This document shows, piece by piece, positions 42,578 to 57,736 of a stretch of DNA of 64,000 nt. Source of the stretch: the human T2T-CHM13v2.0 reference genome, Homo sapiens; assembly GCF_009914755.1 (NCBI RefSeq), contig NC_060946.1; one strand, 5' to 3'. Positions within the stretch are counted from its first letter, which is position 1. Each line of letters opens with the position of its first letter. A program made the translations under genes and the position numbers. Below the pieces are notes generated by a model. The model was not told the DNA's origin, ran no database searches, and was given only the letters and a program-made list of their open reading frames with translations.

Positions 42578-42958
42578 CTCATGTCTGTAATCCTAGTACT
42601 TTCGGAAGCCGAGGCAGGAGGATCACTTGAGCCCAGGAGTTTGAGAGCAGCCTGGGCAACATAGTAAGACCTCCCATCTCTAAAAAAATAAAATAAATAG
42701 CCGGTATTTCCAGTTACTTGGTGGGGCCAAGGCAGGAGGATCGCTTGAGCCCAGGAGTTTGAGACCAGCCTGGGCAACGTAATAAGACCGTTTCTCTAAA
42801 AAAATTAAAAAATTAGCCAGTGCTCCCAGGTGCTTGGGGGGCTGAGGTGGGACGGTTGATTGAGCTCAGTAGGTCGAGGCTACAGGGAGCCGTGATCGTG
42901 CCACTGCACTCTAGCCTGGGCAACAGAGCGAGACTCTGTCTTTAAAAAAAAAAAAAAG
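42578..42958 (+). mobile_element. Trimeric AluJ-like element (left-left-right) inside a MIR
   Basis: Two successive left arms (ggcaggaggatc.cttgagcccaggagtttgaga.cagcctgggcaac), then a right arm and poly-A. Confidence 0.85.
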
Positions 42959-44294
42959 TATATAATGGATTGCCTTATGTCTCTAACTATAATACTTCCG
43001 TGTCCCTCCTCTTACCCTCCCTACCAGTCCCTTTGGAATTGAAAAGATCTAGTTCATTCCAGTGTCTCCCCATTATATGTATTTACATAGAAATTTGTAG
43101 ACAACATTTCACAAGGATTTGCAAAGTTCAAAGTAAACCTCATATTCTGCATTCTGTGTGTATTACTTTTTCTAATAGATGGGGCTTTATGGAGGAAGTA
43201 AAATGAAAACAAATATGAGAACTTTCTTTAGGATGAGAGTAATTTTGATTCTTGTCATAAATGTTTTCTGACTTGAATTTCTCTTATGTTATTATCTAGT
43301 AAAGAGCTGAAGTGTTTTCCGCGTGAATTCCAAAATCTGTTCTAGCTCAATTCTGAAAGTATGTTAAGGAACTTTTAAATTACAGGGCATATGTCTTACC
43401 TCAATTGGATTGTGCGTTTTTCCTGTGTTTTTCCTCTTGTCAGAAGCAAGTTGCACCAAATCTCAGCTTATTGATTTGAAGATTGAATGTATAGGCAAGA
43501 TCTGGCTTGCTTAGAATTCCACTTCTTTGTAATGTAATCCCAGATCAAGAAATATGTCAAAATTCATAAATCAAACTGTCACCATTAGTTCCCTGAACTT
43601 ACAGTTCCTGTAACAGTAAATGAAATTAAAATTCCTATCTAGAGGAAACCTATCATGGTTTAGGTTGTTGCAGCTGTAAAATTTTTTTTAAAAGACTAAA
43701 GGATGGTCTACCATTTGACTCCAAAAACCCCTTTTCTATGTCTTGTTCTACAATAATTGACTTATTCTCTTCCAGGAAATGCATAACATTATTTAAAAAG
43801 AAGAATGATACTAATTATATAATTGCAATGTAACAGCGTACTATTGTCGATAACCATTACTATTGCAAACTAACTGCTTCATCGTGGAATTCCTACCACT
43901 GCATATTCCTCCCTAGGCTTTAAGCGTGAAGGCAGACACATCATATTTGGCTTAACACCTGCCGTAACACTGGGTACATAGTGTAGTGAAATTAATGGAC
44001 GCTGGATGACTTTGCTTGCTTTACTGGTGAGTCAAGCGTAGAGTAGTTACTTGCTTGGAGCGATAGCAGGCCAAATTCTGACTCCAGAGCCCATACTTTT
44101 CCTGTTACCATCCACTGCTTCCACCGTCACCACAAAAGAAGATGTTTGAGACTGGTCCTTTGAAATCTATGACCAAATTTGTGTGACTCTTTGAGGTGGC
44201 AGGACATTGTATTACAGCTTTTTCCACAATTCTTACTGAACTTTTTTCATTATCATCTAATGTCTAGTGTTTTAGTAAATGTAGTTTCTTTTTT

Positions 44295-44607
44295 CTTTCC
44301 CTTTCTTTTTTTCTTTTTTAAGAGGTGGGGTCTTGCTCTGTTGCTCAGGCTGGAGTGCAGTGGTGTGATTATAGCTCATTTTAGCCTTGAGCTCATGGGC
44401 TCAGGCAGTTCTCCTACCTCAGCCTCCCACATAACTGGGACTGCAGGCATGTGCCACCATGCCCGACTACTAAAAAATTTTTTTTGGTAGAAAAACAGGG
44501 TCTTACTGTGTTGCCCAGGCTGGTCTCAAACTCCTGGCCTCAGGCAGTCCTCCTTCCTTGACCTCCCAAAGTGCTCGGATTACAGGTTTGAGTCACCTTA
44601 CCTGGCC
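44295..44607 (-). mobile_element. AluJ
   Basis: Antisense Alu. Confidence 0.9.
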
Positions 44608-44844
44608 TGAATATGGTTTCTTTAAGGTTCATGTTGAGGGCTACATTTCAGGCACATGCGTATTTCCAAGAAGCATAATTTACCCCATACTGTAGACACA
44701 GAAAGGGAGACATTGGGGAAGTAATGTGCTGCCCATGATGATTCCGCAGTTTGTAAAAGTCATGAATCCAGTTTTCCTAACTGCTACTCAGTTTTCTTTA
44801 CTTACGCCATATGATCAATTTTTAGATAACAGACGTTTTAATTT

Positions 44845-45137
44845 AATTTAATTTTATTTTTGAGACAGGGTCTTGCTTTTGTCACCCAGGCTGGAGTGCA
44901 GTGGTGTGATCACAGCTCACCGCAGTTCTGTGCTCAAGTGATCCTCCCGCCTCAGCCACCCAAGTAGCTGGTACTAGAGGTATGTCACCACACCTGGCAA
45001 ATTTTTGTATTTTTTTTTGTAGAGGTGGGATTTTCCCATGTTCCCCAGGCTGGTCTTGAACTCCTGAGCTTGAGCAGTCTGTCCACCTTGGCCTCCCAAA
45101 GTGCTAGGATTACAGGTGTGAGTCACCACGCCCGGCC
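44845..45137 (-). mobile_element. AluJ
   Basis: Antisense Alu. Confidence 0.9.
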
Positions 45138-45620
45138 GACAACAGTGATTTTAAATGGATTTGTGTTTAACAGTAAAAAACAATTATTTCACAGTATCCA
45201 AAAAGAAGAATATCTGAGACTTGGGTGAGGGGAAAACCAGCTGTATAAACTGAGAGCTGTACCTTGTTCCTGTATGGAAGTATGGAATATGGGAAAGATA
45301 TTAGTTATTTTTAAACTGATTTTTATTACTAGACCAATTAAAATCCCACTGTGAAAAATAAGCCATAATTTTGACTATAAAATGAAAATAATTGAGGAAT
45401 TGTCATATCAATATTAAAATATACTTTAAGGCTAAAATAATCAAAACAATTTACAAAAGTTTATAGGTTAGTGGAGGCAGACATAGTTTCCAAACAGACC
45501 CAGGAGAAGTTATACGAATTTACCATGTGATAAGGATAATCCAGCAACCCGGGGAGAAAAGGAAAGCTTATTACAAAAGCTTGTAAAAAAGCTTATGTAA
45601 AGAGTTTTTCTCCATGATAA

Positions 45621-46037
<417 letters not shown>

Positions 46038-46170
46038 TAGCAATGACAATTTCAATTATACTTTCAGTTGAAAGATTTTTAAAAGTAAAACGTTAGCATT
46101 GGATCTGGAGAATTTTGCTAACTGAGATAATTAATAGCTGGGCTGGTGGTGATAGGGTTTGTGTGTTTTT

Positions 46171-46195
46171 GAGAGAGAGAGAGAGAGAGAGAGAG
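46171..46195. repeat. (GA)12 microsatellite
   Basis: Read directly. Confidence 0.9.
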
Positions 46196-47264
46196 GAAGA
46201 GACAGACAGAGATGGAAATATAAAGATCATTCTTCCACTGTTATATGTGTTTTTTCCCCTTTAAAGGAATAGGCATTTGAATTTCCTCTCTGTTGTCAGG
46301 TGTTCTGACTTGGGTACATCAGCTCTTACTGAGTGCTTGAATGTTCAGGATTTCTATGACATATCTCAATCTAATGAAAATCTGACTGTGAAATGTCTAT
46401 ATATCTCCCCAGGCTTCGTTTTCTTGGTTAAATGAGAAAAGTGCTCTTATTTCAAATGTTGGAAAGTAGCTCTACCTTTTTCTGAAAAAAAAAAAAATAA
46501 TAATAATAATAATAATAATAAGATGGGAAATGTCTGTCCCACATCTAAAGCAGTTTTGATCTTTAGCATATTTAGTTTTTTTTTTTTTTTCCTGGCAGCA
46601 GCTGAAAATTAAGAGGATCAAAGTTATGTTCCTATAAAAGACTTTTTTCCTGTCAGTGCTTGAAGGCATTGTCTGACTCCCCCCACCCCCACGTTTTAAA
46701 AGCTGATTGCTTATCTTATTCAGGTAGAATTTAATTTCATGCCCATCATATTCTAATAGAACAAAAATGATACTTAGTTTCAGACTGTGGATTTTAGTTT
46801 GAATTCAAACCTACTGCTATATTGCAGTTAAAGTTGGGAATATTTTTTACTCCAAATAGAAATGAACGTGCTATTTTGGCATAGTGGTAAGAGCTTGTAG
46901 TTCAATTCAACAAGTATGTGTTTGCCATATGCTGTGTACCAGCCAGTATTCTAGACACTGGGAATGCAGAAATGGATTTGGCCTACTGTTCTCTCGAGGA
47001 ATTCACAGTGTAAAGAAGGAGACAGATGTAGAAACTATCATCTCAGTATCATAGAATAAGTGGTGTGTGACAGGATTGAGAGCCAGTAGAAAAGTACCTA
47101 AGTGCTTGGTATAAATGGCTCTACTTGGAACTTCAGGAAGAACCTCCTGGATCCAGGCCTTGAAGGATGAATGAGAAAGAGTTAGGCAGTTAGAGGAGTA
47201 GGTCAGCCTTGCAGGCAGTGGGTGAGCAGGTGTGTGGGACAGTGCAGGACCCAGTGGCACCTGA

Positions 47265-47330
47265 GGGGTTGGGGTTGGGGTTGGGGTTGGGGTTGGGGCT
47301 GGGGCTGGGGCTGGGGCTGGGGCTGGGGCT
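47265..47330 (+). repeat. Hexanucleotide repeat (GGGGTT)5(GGGGCT)6
   Basis: Eleven uninterrupted G4 runs separated by 2-nt TT or CT linkers. Confidence 0.97.
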
Positions 47331-47474
47331 GTGCCAGAGAGCTGGCCCCTTGGCTGCACGATGGGCTCTGCACTCACTGTGGGAACTAAGGGTTAGGCCA
47401 TTTTCAGCGTTAGTAGATTCCTTATTGTAGCTCTCATTTCTGAGGATTATTTTGTGGTTCTTTTTCAGATCCAC

Positions 47475-47767
47475 TTCTTTTTTTTTTTTGAGACGGAGTT
47501 TTGCTCTTGTTGCCAAGGCTGGAGTGCAATGGTGCGATCTCGACGCAACCTCCGCCTCCCAGGTTCAAGTGATTCTCCTGCGTCAGCCTCCCGAGTAGCT
47601 GGGATTACAGGCATGCGCCACCATGCCCAGCTAATTTTTGTATTTTTAGTAGAGGTGGGGTTTTCCCATGTTGGTCAGGGTGGTCTTGAACTCCCGACCT
47701 CAGGTAATCTGCCCACCTCGGCCTCCCAAAGTGCTGGGATTACAGGCGTAAGCTACCGTGCCCGGCT
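47475..47767 (-). mobile_element. AluSp/Sq-like
   Basis: gagttttgctcttgttgcc..ggagtgcaatgg diagnostic positions. Confidence 0.92.
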
Positions 47768-48023
47768 GATCAACTTATTTTTTATTGTGTTGTCCATCTT
47801 CGTCTTGAGTCATTTAAGACACTTATTTTCTCTTGGAGATTGTTTTTATTTCTAGTTTTTAGGGTATGGTTTTTCTCATTTGTTCTCTCTCATTTCCCTC
47901 TTCCCTTAACCCCTCCCCTCCTCCTCTCCACCCGCGGTTTCTTTTCCCAGTGATTTTTTTTTTCTGTCTTTTAACTTGATCTCATCTTCTTAGGAGAAAC
48001 CATTTTCGGCAGAAGTCCCATAG

Positions 48024-48445
<422 letters not shown>

Positions 48446-49292
48446 TGACTTGGGATTCTAGTACCACACTGACAATGTGACTCTGGATGCAGTAGCTGCC
48501 TGTGATAATGGTCTTCCCTGGTCCCCCACTGAGATGTCGAAGCAACCCAAAACCTTTTTAACTGCTACACAGAGATTTTGATGATGTGGCAGCCTGTGAT
48601 GGGGTCCCATCCTAGACTAGAGTTTTTCATTCTTTGTCTCTGCCCTTTGTAAGCCAAAAGCCACCTACTTGTTTGCAGTCCTGAAAACTCTAGCCTCCAG
48701 GAACCTTGTCCTAGTTGGATCCTGCATGCCTCCACTCTTGTCTGCCTCTCTGGGTTTTATTTCTGGCCTCTGAGAATGATGCTCACACTGCCCAGTGGCA
48801 GGACGCAACCTGGGTTCCTGAGCCTTATGGGGTTAAGTGCAAAAGTGAGTCCTGTCAGCTAAGCAGGAGCTGCTGAGAGACAACCCACGGAGGTGGGCTC
48901 CAGCAGCTTGGCACGTGTACCTTCGTGGTGCATGGGAAATTTTGATTCAGGTGAAAAAACAGTTTAAATTCTAGGATATTCTTGCTTTCTACCCAGGCAA
49001 CACCTCACATGTTGACTTAACTTGTGAGTCTCCCTTTCTTCATCTGTAAAGTAGAGATGATTTTACTTCCCTCATACATTTATTGTGAGGATTAAATTAC
49101 TATTGATGACAGCAGTCACAGTGACCTTCCATGAATGCCTCCTGCATGTGCTTGAGTGGGATGTTTCAGAGGTGTGTTTTGTTTTATCTCATCCTCTTCA
49201 GAGCCTGTGCTTACTGTGTCATTCTGCCTCTCTAAGTTAAATGTGCAGGAAAGGCTTCCTCAAAGCCACTCAGTGGTGGGAGTGCTGTCTCA

Positions 49293-49724
<432 letters not shown>

Positions 49725-50861
49725 TCACAAGCCAGCATCCTGGTGCTCAGGAAAGCCAGGTGGCAGGGCATGGGGAAGGAGTACCACCTGTGGCCCTGTG
49801 CTGGTCACATGTGTGGCCCTCAGAGGAAATCTCCAACCCTCCAAACGCTTGTTCAGGACTTCCTGTGCCTGCACAGTGCTTGTAAATCCTGCAGCAGTGG
49901 CCCATTCAGATAGTCAGAGGTGTGGCCTGATTTCTCCATGACCCTCTATCCTTCCGATATTTTCATCGTGATAGGAATTCCACTTTTAACTTTTCATTTC
50001 CTTTAGTTCAGATCTATGTCAAAATGCAAACACACCTTGGAGGGGAAATGTTTTAAGCCCTCATCCTTCTTTTACATACTTGTATGGATGTATTTCTAAT
50101 CATAACAAACTCTGATTAGGGGGCCTCAAGAGACCAAGGAGGAGCAAGAAGAGGTGTGAAGGTTCTCTGGCCGTTCTGCCTTCTCACTGCCTCCCAGGCT
50201 CTGCTCCTTTCCCCTTCCCTCCTCCTGGCCGCACTAAGTTCTGGGGTTGGTTACTGTCATCAATATCTTGTTGGTGTTTTTCATGCTACTAATAGTAATA
50301 ATTTGTGTATATTTGGAAGTACCCCTGTGTCTTTTGGGGGAAAGGTATTATTAACTTGGTTTCTTCTATAGATTGGAAAAATAAAATTTTGAACCTTATT
50401 CAAGACCCTGAAAAAGTAAACTGTTTCCAAAATGAATAATAATGACCAGAGTCAACAGTAGTGCAGGGGAGCATTTTATAGTGCTCACTGTGTGTCAGGT
50501 ACTCTTCTGAGCCCTTAAATATATCAGTGCGTTCATCCTCATGATATTTCCTAGATGGGAACATATTATCCCCATCATAGAAATCTGTGAACTGAGCCAC
50601 ATCAGGGTTCAATAGCTTGCCTGAGGTCACACACAGCCAATCAAGGGTGCAACCGCATAAGAACCCAGGTGGCCTGGCCCCAGACCCATGCTCTGCACCA
50701 CTACATAGCCACCTACCCACCTCCTCCTTCTGCCATGTTTGGCACAGACTTGGCCTTGGCCAAGTCTCTGAGAGAGGTGACCACTGGGGATGCCATTAGC
50801 CAGAGTTTTCCATGTTATCGTAAATTAAGTTTAAAATGGAATTCTCTTTGTTTACCTAGAC

Positions 50862-51157
50862 TTTTTTTTTATTTAAAGAGACAAGGTTGTGCTTTCTCAC
50901 CCAGGCTGGAGTGCAGTGGTGTGAACGGGCTCACTGTAGCCTTAAACTCCTGGGCTCAAGGGATCCTCCCACCTCAATCTCCTGAGTAGCTTGGACTACA
51001 GGTGTCCACCACCATGCCTGGCTAATGTTTAAATTTTTTGTAGAGATGAGGTCTTGCTGTGTTGCCTAGGCTAATCTCGAGCCCCTGGGCTCGAGTGATC
51101 TTCCTGCCTTGCCTCCCAAAGCATTGGAATTATAGGCATGAGCCACCACACTCGGCC
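50862..51157 (-). mobile_element. AluJ
   Basis: Antisense Alu. Confidence 0.9.
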
Positions 51158-53894
51158 CCAGACCCTTTTTAAGTAATCAATATTCTGTGTACAGGCTTGA
51201 AAGACTGACATTTCCAAAAAGATATATTTATTAGAGGAAATTGTGTACCAACTTTAAGCAAGAGAATATGTATGCTTTAATCATTTGAGAAAAATGAACT
51301 ATTGCTTGAAAAGAAAAGAGCTAAATATGTTGAACTTTTCCCAGTCCAGCTGAAACTGCCCTTCAGAGTTTACTGTGGGGTGGGGATGGGGGTTGTGATT
51401 GTCCTTTTCAGGTTGAACTTTTTGTATTATTGTACATCTTATGTTACAAATCCTTCTACAAGCTGCACTTAGCTCATATTACTCTCAGACATTGAATAAT
51501 TGGTTTAATGTGAGACTACTTTCTGGGAATGATTCATTGGTATTTATTTGACATGTTTTAGTGATAATATTGAATATATCCACTGGAAAAATCCAAGAGG
51601 AACCTTTAAATGAAATCATTTCCATGGCAGAGTTGGGGGCAAGAGAGGGAGTTGGAGTTGATTTCTCATCGTGTGAATCCCACTCCATCAGCACGTGGAA
51701 ACTGAGGAAGAGGGAAGGAGTGGAGAAGAACCAGACGAGAGACACGGTTCCAGATGCTTTCCCAAGTGGCTGTGCCCTCCTCCTATTTGCGGAGGAATGG
51801 CTTTGGTCTGCACCTGCAGCTCTGGACGGACTGCCTGGGGCTGGGGCTGTGGAGGCGGACGACTGGGGAGTCTGATGGGGAGGTGGGTGGCGGGGGTGTT
51901 GACAGGAAAAATCCGACTGGCGGCCTTGGAGCAGTTCGAAGAGAGGGCGTGTCCTTTGCCTGTTGGAATTCCAACCCTGGCGACTTTCAGCTACACCCTC
52001 CTCCCTCCCCTAGCCCCACACAAAACAAAAATGCCTCAGAGCTTCAGTGTAACTGGAGCAATACCAGCTGATTCTAACAGTGTGGCCCAGCAGCGCCTGC
52101 TGGCTGGGAGCAGGGACAGAAAATGCCTGAGGCTCCGAGGTGGGAGCCCAGGCTGGGATTCAGGATTTCGCTGCTCCCCGTTCAAGGCCTCTGGAGAATG
52201 TTCCAAAGGGAGGTGTGGATGTTTCATTCAGTACTTTGGAGGGAGAAAGAAATGGGTTCTTTCTCTGTATTCTCTAAGATAGATTTGTTCTTAATCTTGA
52301 AAAATCATTTCTAGCCATTTTAGAAAAAAAAAAACATTAGTACAGTATTAGTAAATATGGATGGGATAAAATTTTTTTTACATACACATAGGATTCAATA
52401 CATTTTTCATATGCTGACCTTATAAGTCATATTGTTTTGAAATTATATTTATTAAAAATGTGATTAGAGTTATATTCATTCATGTTTGATTCTCTTTTAA
52501 GAATTATTCTCTATTAGTACTTTTCTTACATGATTCAACTTGGACTTATTAGAGAAATAAACTCTGGCACACTTTCTCCAGTCATATTCGTTGAGCCTAT
52601 ATTTATAAAATTGGCATTTATTGGACCTCTGCTGTGGATACTATTTACTTCTTTTGAAATTTGTAAAAGAAGAAAAAAAGTTGAGCTTTTGTGATGACAC
52701 ACAAATTCAAACTAAATTTGATGCTTCCAAAGTATATGGCAGAGACGGATGCAACTATTCGTTACCAGAACAGTGGCGTCAGGAAGCCCCGTGCAGTGGG
52801 TAGGGGACACCTGGTGCTGCCTCCACACCCTGCCCCTGCCAGCCCCTGTTGTCCTGAGCTTCCGCAGCTCCCGCCTGACGTTTGGCTCAGAGTCGTCCAC
52901 ACTGCTCGTGTCCCTCGGCTGTGGAGCAGGGCCACAGTCTCCCTGCAGGGTTGTTTGGAGTTAGCTGAGCCAGCGTGTGGAAAGCATAGGTACTTGACAG
53001 ACCACCAGTGCCTCCATGGAGCACCACCATTGTTAACTGCAGGCTTCTCTAGCCATTTAGAATACATATGAAGACTCAGAAAAACCAGTTTTACTTTTAG
53101 GAAATTACATATTCATGGCTTGAGCTATAGCCACTGACTTTGTGCTTGGAACAAAATACATAATTCTTTTTGGTTCAAAAGATTAGATTCAAATTATTGG
53201 TCATCAGAAACTGAAGTTTCCTAAGGCATATCACACGTAATTCAAGGTTGCTTTGATGTGTTATTCTGCTAATCCACAACCATGGAAGTTCCTGGTTAGT
53301 GCAATGTTTCATGCTCTGACAGCTATCTTTAAGATGTTGTTTTTGGGTTGCCAGGTGTTCATTTAAACACACTGGCCATGTGTTTGCACACGCACATGTG
53401 CATACACATAGCCACTGCGGAGCGCCAGGAGCTGTAACTGAACGTGGACTTGATAGAGCAGTATGCGATGTTTTTGTCTTCAGGGCAAGCTCTTGATGCA
53501 TAGCTTCATGTGACATCTCGTTTATAACAGCCTGAGGCATCAGTAATCTTTATAGCAAGAATTCTAGTGCTGTGTTATGCATACCAAGCTTACCGTTTAT
53601 TCTGCCCAGTAAATACATGGCTTTTATGGAGTCATAAATCATGACAGTAGGAGTCATACCTCTCCAAAAAAGAAGAGATTTAAATCTTTAGAGTTAACAA
53701 GATTTAATGTAATTTAGACATTATTCTTACTTAGAAGTACCATTCTTATTTAAAGGCAGTATATCTAATATCTTTAAAGATAACTTTAGAAACTTACTGC
53801 CAGAGAAACAAATATTGATTAAGAGCACACTGTGTGCCAAGCATTATGCGAGGTGCTGGAGAGAAGGAAGGGGAAGAAAAGGTCCTCACCCTCA

Positions 53895-54386
<492 letters not shown>

Positions 54387-55237
54387 TCAGCTCCTCCCTC
54401 CCAGCCACCCTGCCCTTCATAAAGCTCTAGTTTTGTAGGGGATGGGGTGGGATGGGGTCACACCTCAGCTGCCGGCATGAGCTAAGGGACCATATAACAG
54501 TCAGCACTGTCCATCGCTTGCTTCTCTCTCTTTCTAATTTACATACAGCTAAACACAGATTTTTAATGAATGGCTGATAAGTTTTGACAGATGTCTGCAC
54601 CTGTGTAATTATCACCCCAGTCAAGGTACAGAGAGCACCTCTATCCCCTCAGAAAGTTTTTTCCATGCTGGCTGTTGTGTGCCAGTGTGCCAGGAGAGCA
54701 TGGGGCAGGGGAATGATGGCCCTAAGAAAGGAAGGAGGAACAGGGGGAATCTTGAATTACATTCTTTCCCCACGTGGAGATAGATTTGTGCTAATTCCAC
54801 AACGTGGAACATCCTCCTTCGTTTGCTTAGACTTCCCTGGGAGCAGTAGCCCATGTACTGGTGGCCTAGCTCAACTGTGGCTTGGTTCTGGGCCTGTAAA
54901 GCCATCTTTCCCACCTACAGATGACATTCCCTATCTTCATCATGTGCTTTTAGTCAGGTTTCCTGCGGGCCAGATGCATCTGAGAGTGTGCCCTCATTAA
55001 TATGGGACTCTGTGTATGTCCAGCACATGTGGGGTTTATTCACGTACCAGTGATTATTATTCAACATCGTTCCCTTTAGTGCAGCAAGCACTTTCTGAGT
55101 GCTTACCATGTGCCACTTTCTGTGAACCTCTGCAGTTCAACAGTGGAGTCAGAGGCAGTCCTTGTTCTCAAGTAGCTCATGATCTACTGTGGGAGACAGA
55201 TGGCTAGATGATAGGGTGTAGTCATATCCCATTATTT

Positions 55238-55312
55238 CTGATACCCCAAATCTTGATCAGAAGCCTTGATCAGAAGCTAGGAAGGCTTCTGATCAAGATT
55301 TGTGGTGTCAAG
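55238..55312 (+). ncRNA. MIR4762: Intronic microRNA precursor mir-4762
   Basis: Perfect 21-bp stem (55247-55267 with 55282-55302) and 14-nt loop; matches my recollection of mir-4762 (5p CCAAAUCUUGAUCAGAAGCCU), which lies in an ATXN10 intron. Confidence 0.9.
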
Positions 55313-55823
55313 AATAACAACGATTACAGCAATAGTAGTTGCTTATTGAGTGTGTCCTGTGTCCTAGGCACAGTTCTGAGTATTCGTCTCTTACCTCATT
55401 TAATGATGATACCTCTCCCATGTTGCAGATGAGGAGACTGAGGGCCAGAATGGTTCAGTAGTGTACCCAAGGCCACACAGCTGTTAAGTGGCATGAGAAA
55501 GAAAGAAACTTTCATTTTAAGCCTCTTAGATTTTTGTGGATTGTTTGTTACTGCAGCACGAACCAGCCCATCCTCACTGATAAGAGCCCCAGTGTGCGGA
55601 GTGGATTCCTGAGCCAGTTAAAAGGTTGCTACAGCAGTGGAGGCCTGGTTGGAGGGTGGTGATAAGCCTGGAAATAAAAGGACATATGTGAGAGACAGTA
55701 ATTTGATAAAGAGTAATGAAAGAGGAAGCTTTCTTTCAGGTAGCTTATTCTGTTTCATTATTGTTGTTTTCCTTTTGGGAAAGAAGTTGAATTTTCATTG
55801 TTGGCTTATGTTTTCAAGGGTGA

Positions 55824-55991
<168 letters not shown>

Positions 55992-57589
55992 TGATTTTGA
56001 GCAGAGACTGTATTACCATCTAAAACACTACAAGCCTAGCATGTAAGCTCCATGTCTGTTTGCTCCTCATTCTCTCCAGGGCCCCTGGCACAGTTCCGGG
56101 CCCACAGTGAGTGCCCTGTAAACTTTTAGGGATGAACAAATGAATATTTTTAAATCTGTTCATTGTTTTCACAGTTAAACTTTTCTAAGCACTTATGTAA
56201 TACTGTGTTTACTTAATTTTCATTTCTCACCAACCTTTATGGAAGACTAGGTGATAACTGGTTAAATTGTAATACAGTATCATAGGTATAATCTCGAAAA
56301 GGTAAAAATCAAATGTAACGAAGCATTATAATCCAGTGACTGGAACATTTTATGCAAGCCTTTGCTCTTTATTTATCTATTTTTTTATCATACACTTCTT
56401 CCCAGTTTTTGCTTAGTCCTTGTTAGCAGTTACATTAAAATCTGTTTTAAGTTCCACCTCAGGGAATATCAAAAGTTGGTTACTTTTCTAAATGGGCCTT
56501 TAATTAAAATTTTAAAAAATTAGACCATTGTGTTAGATTTTTTAAAATGTTGGCTAAAACAGAAAAGGTTGATTTCAGTGCAGTTGGGCTGAAACTATAC
56601 TTAAATAGATTAAAGTATAATCTGGCTTTTAAAAAAAACACATCTGACTGGGATGAAGTAGGTGTGGTCTTAACTGAAGCAGGTGAATGGACCATATTCG
56701 CCTTTAAGAGCCTTCTGACTCCCAGGTTTTCTGATTTTTAAAAACTTCCTATTTAGTCATATGTTTTTACTTCACTTTATGGTTTAAGTGAGCCAACCAA
56801 CAAAAGTTACTCATAAAAGATAGTATTTTACTTGTAACAATTGCAGAAAAAGTGAAAAGCTTGACATTACAGGTAGAAAGGAAGTCAGTCTCTGTCCCCT
56901 GTGCGTTTCCGAGACTGTGTTTCTATTTATTTGCCCTTTGTCTGTTTCCCCTGACCAGCGTGCGTTTCTTTCTGGAGGCGCAGGGACCTCGGCTTATTTT
57001 TCTCTGTCTTTGCATTGCTTGACAGAGGGCCTGACCCAGGGTAGGCACTCCCGCTTCATGACTACATCTCATTTTTTATTTATCTTTGTTATGATAGATA
57101 GCAGATAAAGCAGTTGATTTCAGTCAGAAGCAGACCACAGCAGCAGGATTCTTTCCACGGTGCATGTTCTGGCTGAGTGTTGGTGGGCTCCACCCTAGCC
57201 GAACCTGTGTCTGCACACCTGTTGTGTCTTCCTGGGAGGCTCCCAGGCATGCTCCTGTCTGGCCAGGGTGCTTCCTCCTCGCTCTCCAGCTGGCTGAAGG
57301 GAAGCTGGGCAAGAGTGTATGTGTTTAGGCCACAGGGAGAGCACAGACTCCCAGAGCATGAACCAAGGGGCTTCCAGGCCTCAGGGACTGCCTCCTGGTC
57401 CCCCAGAGGCCACCTCACTCTTACTCCTGTCTCCAGGCTGGTGACCTCACATGGCCCCAGCCATCTCTCCACATCCTCCCCTCCCTGCTGTGGAGCCCCC
57501 ACTGACAGATGCCTTCCCCCTGTGTTTTGGCTCCAAATTCCAAGTGAGAGTAATTGCGTGGCTTCCCTTGGGTCTGTCTCCATCCCTGT

Positions 57590-57736
57590 TGTAGTCCCTC
57601 ACAGCCCAGACTGTGGACTGCAGAGGCATCACCTAGGGGCTTGTCTGAGATGCAGAGTCTCAGGCTCTACCCCAGCATCCGGAATCAGACCATCCTCAGG
57701 GGATTGGAATGCACAGAAGCATTTAAGAAGCGCTTT
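57590..57736. mobile_element. MER5A-like element
   Basis: gcatcacctaggggcttgtctgagatgcagagtctcaggctctacccc...gaatcaga...ttaagaagcgct. Confidence 0.65.

Noticed and set aside
47265-47330. Interstitial telomere insertion or ciliate contamination
   Set aside because: Units are GGGGTT/GGGGCT rather than TTAGGG, grade into flanking unique sequence (ggggctgtg), and are better explained by local slippage.
51695-52282. 195-aa ORF and overlapping ORFs as a nested gene
   Set aside because: Starts at GTG, has no recognisable domain, and is expected from stop-codon depletion in GC-rich DNA.
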